Shown: positions 33,623-46,379 of the stretch, piece after piece
Position numbering within the stretch: the stretch's first letter is position 1
Layout: each line of letters opens with the position of its first letter
NCBI GenBank assembly: GCA_022813865.1
Contig: JALDZX010000013.1
Coordinates: 372,001 to 436,000, forward strand
DNA length: 64,000 bases
Direction: 5' to 3'
Source: Xylographa opegraphella
Taxonomy: Eukaryota
Notes under the pieces: generated by a model
The model's database searches: none
Told to the model about the DNA's origin: nothing
Seen by the model: only the letters and a program-made list of their open reading frames with translations
Made by a program: the position numbers and the translations under genes

Positions 33623-34553
33623 ATGGCTCCAGTCCCCTCAACCACAAGCACAATGCTGCGACTATGCGCTCGGCAGCGACTGCCTTCCTTACGACTATCA
33701 TCGCTTGCAGTGCAGCGGCGTGGCAAAGCCGATGCCAGAGCAGATAATAAAGCTTCCTGGGACAGCCCGTTCAAGACCATAGAAGAATCGACGACCAAGA
33801 TACCAGACTTTGGGCATTATATGAGCAAGCAAGGATCCACTTCGAATAGGGTATTCCAATATTTTATGGTGGGAACAATGGGCGCACTGGCCGCTGCAGG
33901 AGCGAAAGCCACCGTTCAAGGTATGGACTGCTTTGATGAGGGCAATGCTCCTGTCGGCTGAGCTTCGCGAGCCATACATCAGTCCCGATAAGGCTTGTGG
34001 ACTTATTTGATATTTCTAGATTTCCTCGTCAACATGTCAGCCTCTGCCGATGTCCTCGCACAAGCAAAGGTAGAAATAGACTTGGCTGCAATCCCTGAAG
34101 GCAAGAATGTAAGTGAAGCTGGATGGATGATGCCTTAAGAAGTCACTCTGAACCGCGATTAGGTTATCATCAAATGGCGAGGCAAGCCAGTCTTTATCCG
34201 TCACCGTACTGCAGATGAGATCAAGGAAGCCGAATCTGTTGATTGGCACAAACTTCGGGATCCCCAACCCGACGAAGATCGTGTACAGAAGCCTGAATGG
34301 TTGATTATGTTAGGTATGTAGACTTATCTGATGAACCTTGTCAGCGTATGTATGTGGCTGAAAATTGCTAGGTGTTTGCACACATCTTGGATGCGTACCC
34401 ATTGGAGAAGCTGGAGATTTCGGTGGTTGGTTCTGCCCTTGCCATGGTTCACATTACGATGTTTCTGGACGTGCGCGGAAAGGACCTGCCCCATTGAACC
34501 TGGAAATCCCTCAGTACAGCTTCGCTGAAGAGAACAGCGTTGTCATTGGTTAA
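33623..34553 (+). CDS. RIP1: Ubiquinol-cytochrome c reductase Rieske iron-sulfur subunit
   Basis: CTHLGC and CPCHGS 2Fe-2S motifs, MSASADVLA and [10 protein letters not shown]; three introns. Confidence 0.97.
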
Positions 34554-34826
34554 ATATGAAGCTTTCCTTTTGTCGCTGCATTTCTTGCGGATTGAGGTTC
34601 GATGTTGTACCATAGCCATGATAGAAATGGAAGACGTCTGTCCTACTTCTCCCATGATTATATCTCGGTTCTTGAGTGCCCTAGCCATCAACGCTAGTTG
34701 AATCCAAAGAGCACAACATTTTCGTCAAGAATTTTATTTTAACAACTCACTGTGAATTATCCAATCAATCTTCCTCAAACTACATACCACCCTGGCTTTG
34801 AGCTGTATCTCTCGCGCATCTGTAGC

Positions 34827-35472
34827 ATGGAGAACGATTGGAGTGCCTTTTTGGCACAACAGGGAGTTCGCGTGTCTCCCTTTCCTGCAACATTCAACCC
34901 ATTCTATAACTCGCTGAATCAACCTGCACCTGTACCTCCTCCTCCTCCTCCTCCACTACCACCACTACCAGCACCACCACTACCAGCACCACCACTACCA
35001 GCACCACCACTACCAGCACCANNNNNNNNNNNNNNNNNNNNNNNNNNNNNNNCACTACCAGCACCACCACTACCAGCACCACCACTACCAGCACCACCAC
35101 TACCAGCACCACCACTACCAGCACCACCACCACCACCACCGTATGGCAGGAAAGGGCCCCTTGTGGCACCACCAGGTAAGCATATCTTTATGTAAACAAT
35201 CCTACACACCCTAAATTCGCCCCTCAGCACCCCTTTGGCCGCCGTCGTCACTCTACCAGCCTGCCATGCCTCGACACCACCGCCCTCCCATCCCAACCCT
35301 GCTGGCTTGGCCAGCACGACACCGAGCTCTGGCCACTACGCCGACGAGGACCCCCGGCTACGGGTTCGTCGAGACGGATGAGCTATCGTCTCCGTCAGTG
35401 ACCGAGCTCTGGGCCGCAGACGTGGAGTCGGAGGTTTGGAAGAGGCAGCTGAAGCTGTGGGAAGCTGCGTAA
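34827..35472 (+). CDS. Proline-rich hypothetical protein with (PPLPA)n repeat, 2 exons
   Basis: ATG 34827. A GTAAGC..CAG intron at ~35176-35227 joins in frame to ORF 35266-35472. The N gap within the repeat makes the frame uncertain. Confidence 0.45.
34953..35140. repeat. 15-bp tandem repeat CCACCACTACCAGCA spanning the N gap at 35022-35052
   Basis: Read directly from the sequence. Confidence 0.95.
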
Positions 35473-35864
35473 GTTCCTCGACCCGTAGCATACCGAAGAA
35501 GATGGACACTAATGCATGAATCGTCATAGCAGCAAGCAAGATATCTAGCTATTACTGATAGCATAATGGTGCATATGGGGGTGGGCTGCAGTCGTGGATA
35601 ATTATGATTGTACGACAGCCGCGGTGTTCGCCGGTGTTTTCTGGCCTTCGGGCATTCGTTTTGTTGCTTGCGTTTTGTTGCTTGTGTTTTGTGTTTGTCT
35701 TCTGGTGTCTTCCTGGCACCACGTCAAGACGGCCTGTGGGCAATTAATGATTTGAATTCTCGATAACTGCATCATAATTGACAATGTGACTACATTCGTA
35801 TCAACCCCTTTAGGAGATCCCCCCCGCGCACCATACACGTCCCTTTAGTCCCTTCCACCCACTC

Positions 35865-36500
35865 TCACCCATCTCCTTCCCTCTCCAGGAACCCAGGGTC
35901 TATCTCTACCCGCCTCTCAAACTTCTTCCACCAGTCCTGGAAGCTCTTCAACGGCACAACTTCGTGCCCGCCGTCCCCGCCCGCGAAGCTCGCCAAGAAA
36001 TTAAAAGCGTTCTTGATAATCCGTTGCGCCAGCACTTTCGTCGAAGGCGGCCGTCTCACTATTGTCAAAGCCGTAGAATTCGCGTCCGAAGCTGCTTTCA
36101 TGGTTGCGAGCTGTGCAGAGACTATCTCTATTGGCTCCAAGGATATGCCAACAATGACCGTTCCGGGAAGGCTATCGCCGTTTGGGAGGTCGGCATCCAT
36201 GTCCACTTCCGCAGAGCCGTGTGCGGGAGTGTTGGTACTGCCGCTGTCATTGACCCGAAAGATGGCGCTTTGCTTGTCCGTCGCAATGACCCCGAGAAGC
36301 TTGAATTCCGCAGTGCCTGGGAATTGGATGTAAACTGCGGCGCACGCGCCGGTGGGAAGCTCGTTGCCGGGGACGAGGAAGATTACAATGTGGCTAAAGC
36401 GAGGACTCGAAGGGAATGAGTAGGCGTATTGGGTGGGGGAAATGGTTTGGAGAACGGCAGGAGTGAGGACGGGCCGGGAAGGGAGGATCAAGCCAAACAT
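35865..36500 (-). CDS. OPI10: Hikeshi/Opi10 (DUF775) family protein
   Basis: MFGLILPSRP, HIVIFL..G..LP, KQSAIFRV, LAQRIIKNAFNFLASF and VPLKSFQDWWKKFERRVEIDPGFL. Confidence 0.9.
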   Translation of the reverse strand: MFGLILPSRPVLTPAVLQTISPTQYAYSFPSSPRFSHIVIFLVPGNELPTGACAAVYIQFPGTAEFKLLGVIATDKQSAIFRVNDSGSTNTPAHGSAEVDMDADLPNGDSLPGTVIVGISLEPIEIVSAQLATMKAASDANSTALTIVRRPPSTKVLAQRIIKNAFNFLASFAGGDGGHEVVPLKSFQDWWKKFERRVEIDPGFLEREGDG

Positions 36501-36860
36501 TTTGGGGTGATGACCAGAAATCGAGAGAGCAGAGTGTGCATCCTAATGACCGGAATGAGGCAGCATTAATCATGAAACGATACTATAATTACAACTTTAC
36601 TTGGTATAGCGTGCAGTCCAACAAACGTAAAGTGTGAAGCTTCTGGTTGGTTCTACACAAGACTGTTGATGTGAGTGCAAGGATCATAAGCGGGAAGCGC
36701 GCGTTAAGCTCTTAATGCTATCAGGCTAACGGAGTACACAGTACAATTCTAATTCGATCATTAATCGCGCGCTACCACACCATCTCCAGTTTCATTCGCT
36801 CAATCGTCTCGTGCTATGTGAACTACCTGGACCCAGCAAAGCAAAGCCTAAGAAACAATC

Positions 36861-37872
36861 ATGAAAACTAACTTGGACCTGGTGAATGACTGTGACAAGT
36901 ATGTAAATCTCAACTTCCTTCACCTTATCACAGGCATAGAGTTTGACAAGCAGGAATAGTTTTCCTTATGACCATACAAGAATTTCAGAGGAAGAAAAGA
37001 ATATGATGAAATCCCTTTATGAGCTTATCGCCGCCAGCCATGATTGCCTTATCGGCTTTATACGGCCTTACATTCTAGAAGAGATGCCGTGGTCTTCCAA
37101 AATCAGAATCGACCACGTGAGGCAAGAGGTGCGTTTGCCCAATGATGACGTGGAAGCAACGCTAGCCCTGAGTGAGACTCTTAATAAAGCACGTGCAATT
37201 GGCCGGTTTGCTGTGCTGAAAGGATGGAGAGACGAGCTATATCCCGTCACTGGGCTGAAGTCCAACATCACCGTAGAACGTGCTGGAAGCGCTCTGCTAG
37301 GAATTGTAACGTATGGCGTCCACATGACAGCATATACCGAGGGACCGAACGGAATCATGATCTGGGTTCCTCGGAGATCGCCAACAAAGTCAACGTATCC
37401 TTCAATGCTGGACAATACTGTGGCAGGTGGCATCACTGCAGGCGAGGAGCCATTCGAGTCACTGGTCCGAGAGGCAGCCGAGGAAGCCTCATTGCCCGAG
37501 GAAATTGTTCGCAAAGGAGCAAAGCCGTGCGGGACTGTCTCCTACTTTCACATCCGAGATAGCAGAGCGGGAGGTGAGACAGGACTCATGCAACCAGAAA
37601 TACAGTTGGTGTATGATCTCAAGCTTCCAGAAGATACTGTGCTAAAGCCATCGGACGACGAAGTCCAGGAATTCTACCTTTGGGGTGTTGAAAAGGTACA
37701 AAACGCTTTAGCAGAAGAAAAGTTCAAGCCGAATTGTGCATTGGTGCTGATGGACTTCTTCGTGAGGCATGGCATCCTCACAGTAGAAAACGAGCCCGAC
37801 TATATGGACATTGTTGCGAGCATACACCGCAAGCTTCCATTCCCTTCAAGACCTCGACTGAACGATGGTTAG
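36861..37872 (+). CDS. NUDIX hydrolase, thiamine pyrophosphokinase-related (YJR142W-like)
   Basis: GWRDELY, YGVHMT, MLDNTVAGG, Nudix box GEEPFESLVREAAEEASL and FKPNCALV. A short first exon (MKTNLDLVNDCD) is followed by an intron. Confidence 0.88.
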
Positions 37873-38061
37873 ATCGGTATTCTATGCTCCAAGAACGTTC
37901 GTCGGCGCCACAACTTCCACCATCCATCAAGGGGCTTTAACGATGACTGCAGCTTTCGGTTCAGCGATAATCCAGCAAGATTCGTGCAGCCATCGAGAAA
38001 TGCTTCTGGCGACCTGAGTGGATTCACTCAGGTTTCGGGGGCTCCTGACACTTCTCACTTG

Positions 38062-38551
38062 CTAAGACTTCTTCAACAGGAGGTAGACGTAGTCAATGCG
38101 CAGTGGCGTCAGTTTCTTGTATGGTCCTTCAAGATACAGTAAAAGCCCTCCGAATGAGATGAAGACCTTTCTGCGAACATGGTTAGCATGCGGGATTCTC
38201 AATTGGATGAAAGCTCAGGAGAACTTACATCATTTCACCATCGCCCTCTTCAAACCGATAGATCTTGCCATGACAAACATAATCGTACATATCTGCTAGA
38301 CTCGCTTCCCCTCGGCCAACGTCCCGCCAGCCCTTCCCATCATCTTTCGTTCCGTCCAGTGAAAGTGTAGAAGCCAGGACAAGGTGTATACGATCACCAA
38401 CAGCGCAAGGATATAGCTCTGTATTGATATCCAGGGTGAGGAAGGTTTCATTGGACGAACTTGTGCCAGATATGCGAGAGACTCGGTCGTACTTTTGAGC
38501 ATTCAGAGACGTGACAGAGAAGGCTTCTTCGAAGAGCTGCGAATCCGCCAT
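38062..38551 (-). CDS. RPB8: RNA polymerases I/II/III subunit RPABC3
   Basis: KYDRVSRI, LDINTELY and LADMYDYVCHGKIYRF, spliced to ISFGGLLLYLEG. Confidence 0.96.
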
Positions 38552-38767
38552 TGTGATAAGGCGTGTGGGATATACCCAAGTTCCAGCTATGATAAGATAT
38601 TATATTCAAGTTGGTAGTAGAACTGGGATGAGATCGCCAGAAGCATCGCAATCTGAGCCGATGGCGTTCTGGATTAAAAAAACCTTTGGGAGTCGCGAAA
38701 TCTTGGCACTTTATGTAAGCAAAACGTGCACATTGGAGGTTCAAGCTCAACATTCACGCACACAGGT

Positions 38768-40115
38768 ATGTCTTTTCGCAAACGCAATGTAGCCATATCC
38801 GGCCCACCAGGACGAGTGTCCGGCTCAGTCTTGGGTTCCTCCTTGGATGATGTCGAAAATGTATCACGGCTTGATCGCTCGGTACACGATGCTGGCGCGG
38901 CCACAATACCAGGTGTACGCCCTTCACCACTGGATGGGCGATTGACAACATCCACTGGTACGCAGTCTCTCGACAATTTGCTGGCCGGGCACGCAGGCCT
39001 GGCACTTGGCTGCTCGATTCTGTTAGAGGAGAATGGAACTACTGACTATGCTGGAACTTTATTGAGGTACTATGCTGCGGAGGGCGTGGCACAACAGCAC
39101 CATGTCCATGTCGTAGGGGTGGGCGAAAAATGGGGAAGGGAGCTGCCTGGTCTGGTGAATTCATCAAATCACACGGAGAAGATAGAGCGCCATCACAAAA
39201 TGGAGGATAAGGAAAAAATGAAGATCGCATGGCGATATGAAAGGCTTGGGGAGTTTGGTGGAGGAAGCCCGAACTTAAGAGGTGGGATGCGTCCTTTGCA
39301 AATCCTGTATATAAGTTGAAACAGTGTCATTTTTGCAAACCCCGGCAACGATGCAAAGACTAATGGATGCAGCTCCACCATCAGTTGGCGGAAGCACATC
39401 GTCTTTTTCAGCGGAAACACGACAACCTGGCGAGCCTGCAATATTCTGCCATGCCTTTGACCTCACCAAGCGACTGACGCTTTCCAGCTCCGCAGCTATC
39501 GACTTCATCCCAGTCCTACCCGTACAAGGTTCGACCTCCCCTTTTCCACCAATTTTCCAAGCTATAAGTCAACGACTAGCTTCATCCAATCCGGACAGTA
39601 TCCATCGCCTTGTTATCCCCACACTCCTCTCTCCAGCGTTCTACCCTCCAAGCGCTAGTAACCCTGAAAGCATCCTCCAATTCTTACATTCCATTCGCGC
39701 ACTTCTCCGACAGTATTCTACTCGGCTAACGACCGTCATCTCCCTGCCACTAACGCTATACCCACGCAGTACCGGCTTAGTTTGCTGGATGGAACTCCTC
39801 TCTGATGGTGTCATCGAGCTGGTACCATTCCCATATACTATCGATACTGGGCCGTCGCTCACCACTTCTGGTGCTGCAACAGCGGAAGAGGAAAAGCCGC
39901 AAGGTATGGTCAAAGTACATCGCTTACCCATATTCCATGAGCGTGGAGGGGGCGGGCCAGGCGGTGCTGCCGTCGGAGATGACCTGGCTTTTACAGTCAG
40001 TAGGAGGAGGTTTGTTATAAAACCCTTCAGCCTACCGCCCGTTGAAGGGGACACAGAGGCCCAGAAAGGAGGCCTAGACATGGGAAAGCCAACAAAGGTC
40101 GACATCGATTTCTAG
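38768..40115 (+). CDS. ELP4: Elongator complex subunit 4 (PAXNEB)
   Basis: MSFRKRNV, PGVRPSPLDGRLTTSTG, MKIAWRY, FCHAFDL and DDLAFTVSRRRFVIKPFSLPP; one intron. Confidence 0.93.
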
Positions 40116-40839
40116 ACGAATCACGAGCAGTTCTGGGTCGCTAAGCACCTCATCGTATATTGCATGTTGATGGCACTGTGCCAGGCTACCTATGTTACAT
40201 AGTCTCTATCCTGAAATGCACGTAGCACCCCTTGCCTTTCAAACTGCTAGACACGCCTGGTCAACTGTGGTACTTGAGTTGCTCTTACCATGCACGGTCC
40301 CATGAAATACTGAAACACCAGAGACGCCCAGAATCGATTCATGTTGTGCGACAAAAACGTGTGTACGCCGGAACTGGTTTAAGAGTTCTTATCGAGTTTA
40401 TGTTATGATGACTTGCCAATGCGGACTCTTACGAGCGTCGTGGTATTTCATTGATGTTCATCTTCAATAGTCGCGGTACAACATCTGCGTCGGCTGGGCT
40501 GTATATGTGAGCCCGGCCGAGATAAACGTTTTCTGCTGGTGCTCGTGGTTACTTCGTAGATACTCAGCACGCACTAGATGATTACCGATAACATGAGTGA
40601 CAAACGGAGGCCAAAGAGGTAGGCATTCATCTCAGCATGGTATTCTTTCATATGATTAAGCACAAATATAATCTGTCAATCCCCTGAAGCTTTTTGGGCT
40701 CCTGCTGAGACATATTCAAAGAGTTTTTATGATGATTTTCTTTTCCGCTATGTTTCTTTAGTGTCAGCTCACGCATCGAGAAACTGACGCCTTGTAGCTA
40801 CACGCTCTAAAGTGAATCTGCTAGGCTGAGCCAACCTGA

Positions 40840-41898
40840 ATGACTGCACACGTGGAGGTTCCTCCACTTACCCGCCCATTCGCTATTTTCCGAATCTCTT
40901 CAGCAATAGACCGATATTTTCTCTATGACATCAATGTCATAACGTGGCTACGCAAGACCCATCATATCCTTGGCGTACTCATTGGTACTTTACCACAGAT
41001 TCCTCAGCAGAATGTATTCCTCGGTCTACCGCTCGAGCTGATGCCCGAGGAGGCTTGCTTGTTGTGCGAGAAACGTTTGGCTACCATCGTTGATGACTTC
41101 GAATGGCATGAGCACGGGATGCGCTCGCTCACCTTGGAGCAAAAAAACAATTTTGTGCAAAGCCTATCACGTGAGAGCAGAGATGCTTCAAAGGCGGCAG
41201 AGAGGAGAAAGCTGGAGAGTATGGAGCTTGCCATGAAGAGACTACGGATAGTTAGCACCGCTGACGGAGATTCGACAACTGGCCCTGTAGACAACAGGGA
41301 TTCTGTTCCTGATGCAGAAGCCACAAACTCACTATTTTCTTTATCGACATCACGAAGTGATAGGACACCGTCCTCCTCCAAGCCCTCGGAAGACCCTCGT
41401 GCTAGCGAGGGATGGAGTATTACACCAACAACTGCTCATCCACCACTACCTACGCCGTCCAGTTTTACAGAATGTCTGCCGTCCAATCTTAAAACTTCAA
41501 GGTACGCGCTATATAAGCATCTTCATGCTCACGATTACTACATGTCACCTGGGCTACGTTTTGGCTGCCAGTTTCTTGTCTACCCAGGGGATCCGCTTCG
41601 ATTCCATAGTCATTTCCTTGCCGTAAGTGTAGATTGGGACGAGGAAATCAACCTGCTAGATCTCGTTGGTGGGGGAAGATTAGGTACTGGTGTCAAGAAA
41701 GGTTGGCTCATAGGGGGTCCAGATAAGCCAAACGATACCGAGGGTAACTTTACCACTCAACACATGGCCGACGAAACACTTGGAGACACGATGCCTTCCC
41801 GAAACAAGCGAGGCAACCAAGATGGAGCCGCCAGCTACAATGAAAATGAGTCGGCATCCGGGGTTCGTACTTTCTGCATCGAATGGAGTGGAATGTGA
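40840..41898 (+). CDS. SEN34: tRNA-splicing endonuclease subunit Sen34
   Basis: GTLPQIPQQNVFLGLPLELMPEE, PGLRFGCQFLVYPGDPLRFHSH and GRLGTGVKK. Confidence 0.95.
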   Translation: MTAHVEVPPLTRPFAIFRISSAIDRYFLYDINVITWLRKTHHILGVLIGTLPQIPQQNVFLGLPLELMPEEACLLCEKRLATIVDDFEWHEHGMRSLTLEQKNNFVQSLSRESRDASKAAERRKLESMELAMKRLRIVSTADGDSTTGPVDNRDSVPDAEATNSLFSLSTSRSDRTPSSSKPSEDPRASEGWSITPTTAHPPLPTPSSFTECLPSNLKTSRYALYKHLHAHDYYMSPGLRFGCQFLVYPGDPLRFHSHFLAVSVDWDEEINLLDLVGGGRLGTGVKKGWLIGGPDKPNDTEGNFTTQHMADETLGDTMPSRNKRGNQDGAASYNENESASGVRTFCIEWSGM

Positions 41899-42804
41899 TT
41901 CAAGGAGAAACTAAACATTTAAGAAGTTGGAAGTTTCTCGTCGAGTCCTGTTTGGCACGCATACGGGTAACGGTACGAAGAGGATTGCTAATCTTGTATT
42001 ACGGCGGTGGAGCTTCGATCCGATGGCGAAACATCGGGAGTGGATAGCATCTCCGCCGTATGGCACTTCAGGACCACCTCCCTGACACGAATTTGGCATT
42101 TCCGGCTATGGAGACACAATTATCGGTGGGGCGCCGATGACAAGTGGTAGCTATTCGGGAACCGTATACAGCGGCCCATGTGCGCACACAATGCATACCT
42201 TGGGGATGGCACACTCGATACCCAAGTGTATTTTAACGACTTCTATGAACAATGCCTCCGCAATTCTTACCGCAATTGATCGCTTCGAGTACTGGTGAAC
42301 GAGTCCGAGGTCCGCTTAAAATCTTATACCATGCATCCTCGGTCTGTGAGTTAATCTTCACCTCCATTGCGACACCGGGCAAAAAGAATGAGAAGCGCAT
42401 TTATCGTGTTTCAGTGCCCTCAGGCGGTCGGATATTAGCATCAGAAGTGATCCTAAAGTCATCGATTGGACGACTTCAATAAGCAGTCCGTCTCTGCCTT
42501 TGGTTTCATTGGCTACGGCTGATAGCGGGAGCGCTAGATTTAAAGTGCCGGATGCGAGTGGGAAACCTCGCTAAAAGCAGCTCTTCAAAGAGTCGTCATT
42601 GACATCACAGGGCGCTAGTGAAGATGCATATGCCAGATTTTAATGTTGCGCGTCATGCATCTGTTGGTGGTCCGAGATTGCCGAGAAATTATATTTACCT
42701 TGTGATGTAATTACCTATTTTATTGTTGCTCGTTTTGCCTTTGTACAAAATTTGCATCCTGAAAATTCTATACGAATTGCGACACAATAGGACTGGTGCT
42801 TGAC

Positions 42805-44446
42805 ATGCAGTTTCTATTCAACAACCACAAAATTGGTACTGATGATCAAGAAAGGGAACAGTCTTCCAGTTCCGATCGTACCCTGGATGACGGCTCAAAC
42901 GGCAGTGAAAACGTGAATAGAGAGAGCCGTGAGAAAGTTGATGGCGGCGAGAGTGGACAGGATGGACCGAAGGCGCCCGTCGGATTTTGGCACCCAAGTT
43001 TGAAAAAGACCAGGATCAAGGTTTTTGGCGCCTGGGTTCGGACAGGTACTGTGCTTCTCTCTGCCGTATTAAGCTGTCTTGCGCAGGACTAATGATCAAT
43101 AGTCCTTATCCTATCAACTTTCATCCTCGCAATCCTATCACTTTACTGGGCTGTATTATTCAACGTCGAACAAAATCTGAACTCGCTCATCGTTTTTGTT
43201 ATCAACTTTGAAACGGAACCTGGTGCTCTAGTCGGTCCACTTATAACAAGGATGACGGAAGAACAGATCGAGCTCAACTCGAAGCCTCATCTCGGCTACA
43301 TCACAATCCCTCCATCGGCATACAACTACGACCCAATCGCGGTACGACAGGCCGTATACGACGAAGAAGCATGGGCAGCTATTATCATCAATGCCAATGC
43401 CACTACGCTGCTCCGTCAAGCTGTAGAGCAAGGCAACTCTTCTTTCGACCCTCTAGGTACTTGCCAGATAATTTATACCTCTGCTCGAGACCAGGATTCA
43501 TACTATGATTACATCATACCCGAGTTGACCGCGCTGCAGACAGAAGTGACCAGCATGTTTGGTGAACTGTGGGTCAAGCAAATCATGGCAAACGACAGCA
43601 TTCCGCGCTCAAACCTTGCCAAAGTGCCACAAGCACTGAGTCCTGCGATCGGCTTTTCTATGTATGATCTTCGACCATTCTATCCTTTTGTTGCCGTGCC
43701 GGCGGTCACCATTGGTCTGATCTACTTAATCATTATTGCTTTTTTCAGCTTCACGTTCTTTCTCCCAATCCATATGCGGTTTATCACTCCAGGTGAAGGA
43801 CATCCCGTCATGAAATTCTGGCAATTGATACTTTGGAGGTGGATATCAACACTGGCTGCATATCTCCTCATGTCCTTGGCCTATTCATTTATCTCCTTAG
43901 CGTTCCAGATTCCATTCTCCAATCCTCCAGGGATAGAAACCGAGGTTGTCAACAACGCGAACAGCTTTGGCAGGGCTACCTTTGTGGTGAGTCTGCAATA
44001 TATTCTTAATTGTCGATCGCGCCTAACGCTGAAAAGGTATACTGGATGGTTAATTTTATCGGCATGGGCGCTCTTGGACTCGCTTGTGAAAACGTGGCCA
44101 TGGTCATTGGGCAGCCTTGGACAGCGATGTGGTTGATTTTCTGGGTAATCAGCAATGTTAGCACAAGCTTCTACGCCATCGAGTTAAGCCCGCACTTCTA
44201 CTACTGGGGTGTATGTTTTCTTTGCCGCAACCTTATAGTATACATATGCTGACGTTTGTCTAGTATGCTTGGCCTCTTCACTCGATTGTGGAGGCATCAC
44301 GAACCCTCATCTTTAATCTTCACTCCCGACTGGGCTTGGACTTCGGTATTCTGCTTTCCTGGGTGGCAGTAAACTCAGCACTTTTCCCCATCTGCTGCTA
44401 TATAATGAGGTGGAAGTCCCAGAAGGAGAAGCAGAAGGGGCAATAA
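42805..44446 (+). CDS. SNG1: SNG1-family (DUF3533) multi-pass membrane protein, 4 exons
   Basis: LSLYWAVLF, EEAWAAIIINANAT, TIGLIYLIIIAFF, VYWM.NF..M.ALGLACEN and WLIFWVI.NVS motifs. Confidence 0.85.
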
Positions 44447-45163
44447 AGAGCTTTGCAAGATATTGAGAGCAACTAATAAGCAGGTCCTAGGACGACACTT
44501 TTGTACATATGCATGAACAGTTCAGCATTTGGTTTCGCAAAATGATACCCTCCTATGCGCATGGTAGCTTTCGGCACAGGCTTGTAACTTTGTTTTCTGA
44601 AGAAGGGTTACCGCATCATTTAGCGATGATTGTACATTATATATCAAACATCCTTGAAGCGTGAACATCATTTTACAGTCTCCGTCAATAGCAGTTGTTG
44701 TATACTATTTTCACAATATATAGAAGTATTGACCGCCTAATGCCTTCGACCAAATATCTTTTAGAAATGTTCACACAATCAATTTACTATTGCGTAAGGT
44801 TGTTCCCGTTGGATAGATTCTGAACGAGATCGCTGCTTGACTGGGGCTTCCAACGTCAACTTTGTTAACCCCCTCAGCATTCTACCAGACCAACTACTAA
44901 AACCCACGACGCACGCACAGCATTTCGGGCCCTCTCGCAGCAGAAATGGCGGCACCGCGGACCACGGAATTTGACCTTTTCATGGATTAATTAGCCCGAC
45001 GGGTTCATATACTAGTCCACTTCGTTTCGTCTCGTCCATCATCCCAGTCATACGTCAACGCAGTGTACCACGGGCATGGCCAATATAGCGGACGATTCGA
45101 AACCGTATATAGAATTGATCATGGAGGGGGTTTTAACTCGACAAATTGTATAATGGTGGATGA

Positions 45164-45829
45164 TTTCGCAAGGCGAGGGAACAGAGATGGCATCAGTCTG
45201 CAAGTCAACGCCTTGCGGAGACTTCACCTGAATTGGCTTACCTCATGAAGAGCAGGTTCATGACTAAGATTGAACTCATGTTGGCCGCAAAAGAATCGAG
45301 AAACGGTTCTCCACGGATACGAGAGGAGATCCATGCCAATTTGCCTATGGGTGTATTTGCTGCAACATGGATTCTGATTTTATACCATGACTGTATAGAG
45401 CGTGTGCTGGTATTCGCAAAACATGCCAAGGCGCTCTCCCATGATTAAACGATGGACGGCGCCAAGAACTAAACTTGTGCGTTGAATTCCGCAGCCATGA
45501 TGGCGAGGAACCACTTAGATGATATGCATCTTACACGCATGGCGTTGCGAGTCACGGGTACTTCCCCAGGAGTGCACGGAATGCTTCCAGTGCGGTTCGC
45601 TCCACAATGGAAATGTTGCGAGAGGTTAGCTAAAGTCAGAAGGACTCAGGCTATGGACTCTCGTTCTGTCAATGAATCTATGGGTGAACGTATGGAAATT
45701 ACCACCTGAGCAGATGAGGATCAAATTCTGACAGCCGAAGGCTGGCTTTACAGACATGAGGTTATGGCCAACATGGAGCCATTTGGTCACAGCACCTCCA
45801 GCTTCAGGAAGAGTTCAACGCCCGTATAG
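45164..45829 (+). pseudogene. Possible decayed coding remnant
   Basis: ORFs 45233-45448 and 45482-45709 share one frame, which stays open for about 220 codons with only three internal stops. No recognisable family. Confidence 0.25.
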
Positions 45830-46379
45830 CTATGATGATTCTAAGCCTGATATCGTGCAAAGATGACACTCAGTGGCTCGAAATGGAACTCACCATCGGT
45901 CATTCCAATATCAGTAACGGAATTAGAGGTGGTTAAGCAAATAGCGGCCCCACCTTGCGGAAAACAACTGAGAAGGAAGCAGAGAGGCCAGTCTGTACAG
46001 ATTCTGAAGAATGTATCTGTAATGGCGGGGGTTCCAAGTGTCCCTTAGCGGGTTTCAATACTTTGTTTACTGTAGGTACCTTACCTTACCTTACCGTAAG
46101 GTAGACTAGACTAGCCGACGGAGGTACTTCGTAGGTACTTGGAGTCAAAGCTGCAGCCCTATCAAGCCACTAAAGTTAACTTTCGCCGCGATTAGGGAGT
46201 GGGAATCTTCAGCAGCCTCTTCTCAGTCACCGTGTCTCTACCTTAATTTGCACAACAGCCACAGTCGCTCGTTATCTAAATCCTCTGGAGTTCAATAAAC
46301 TATGCACTGATAGCAGGCCTCCGTCAGCGTTTCTTCTTACTGTGCGAATGTCGCTATTTAATGTCAATGTCAATGCAAG

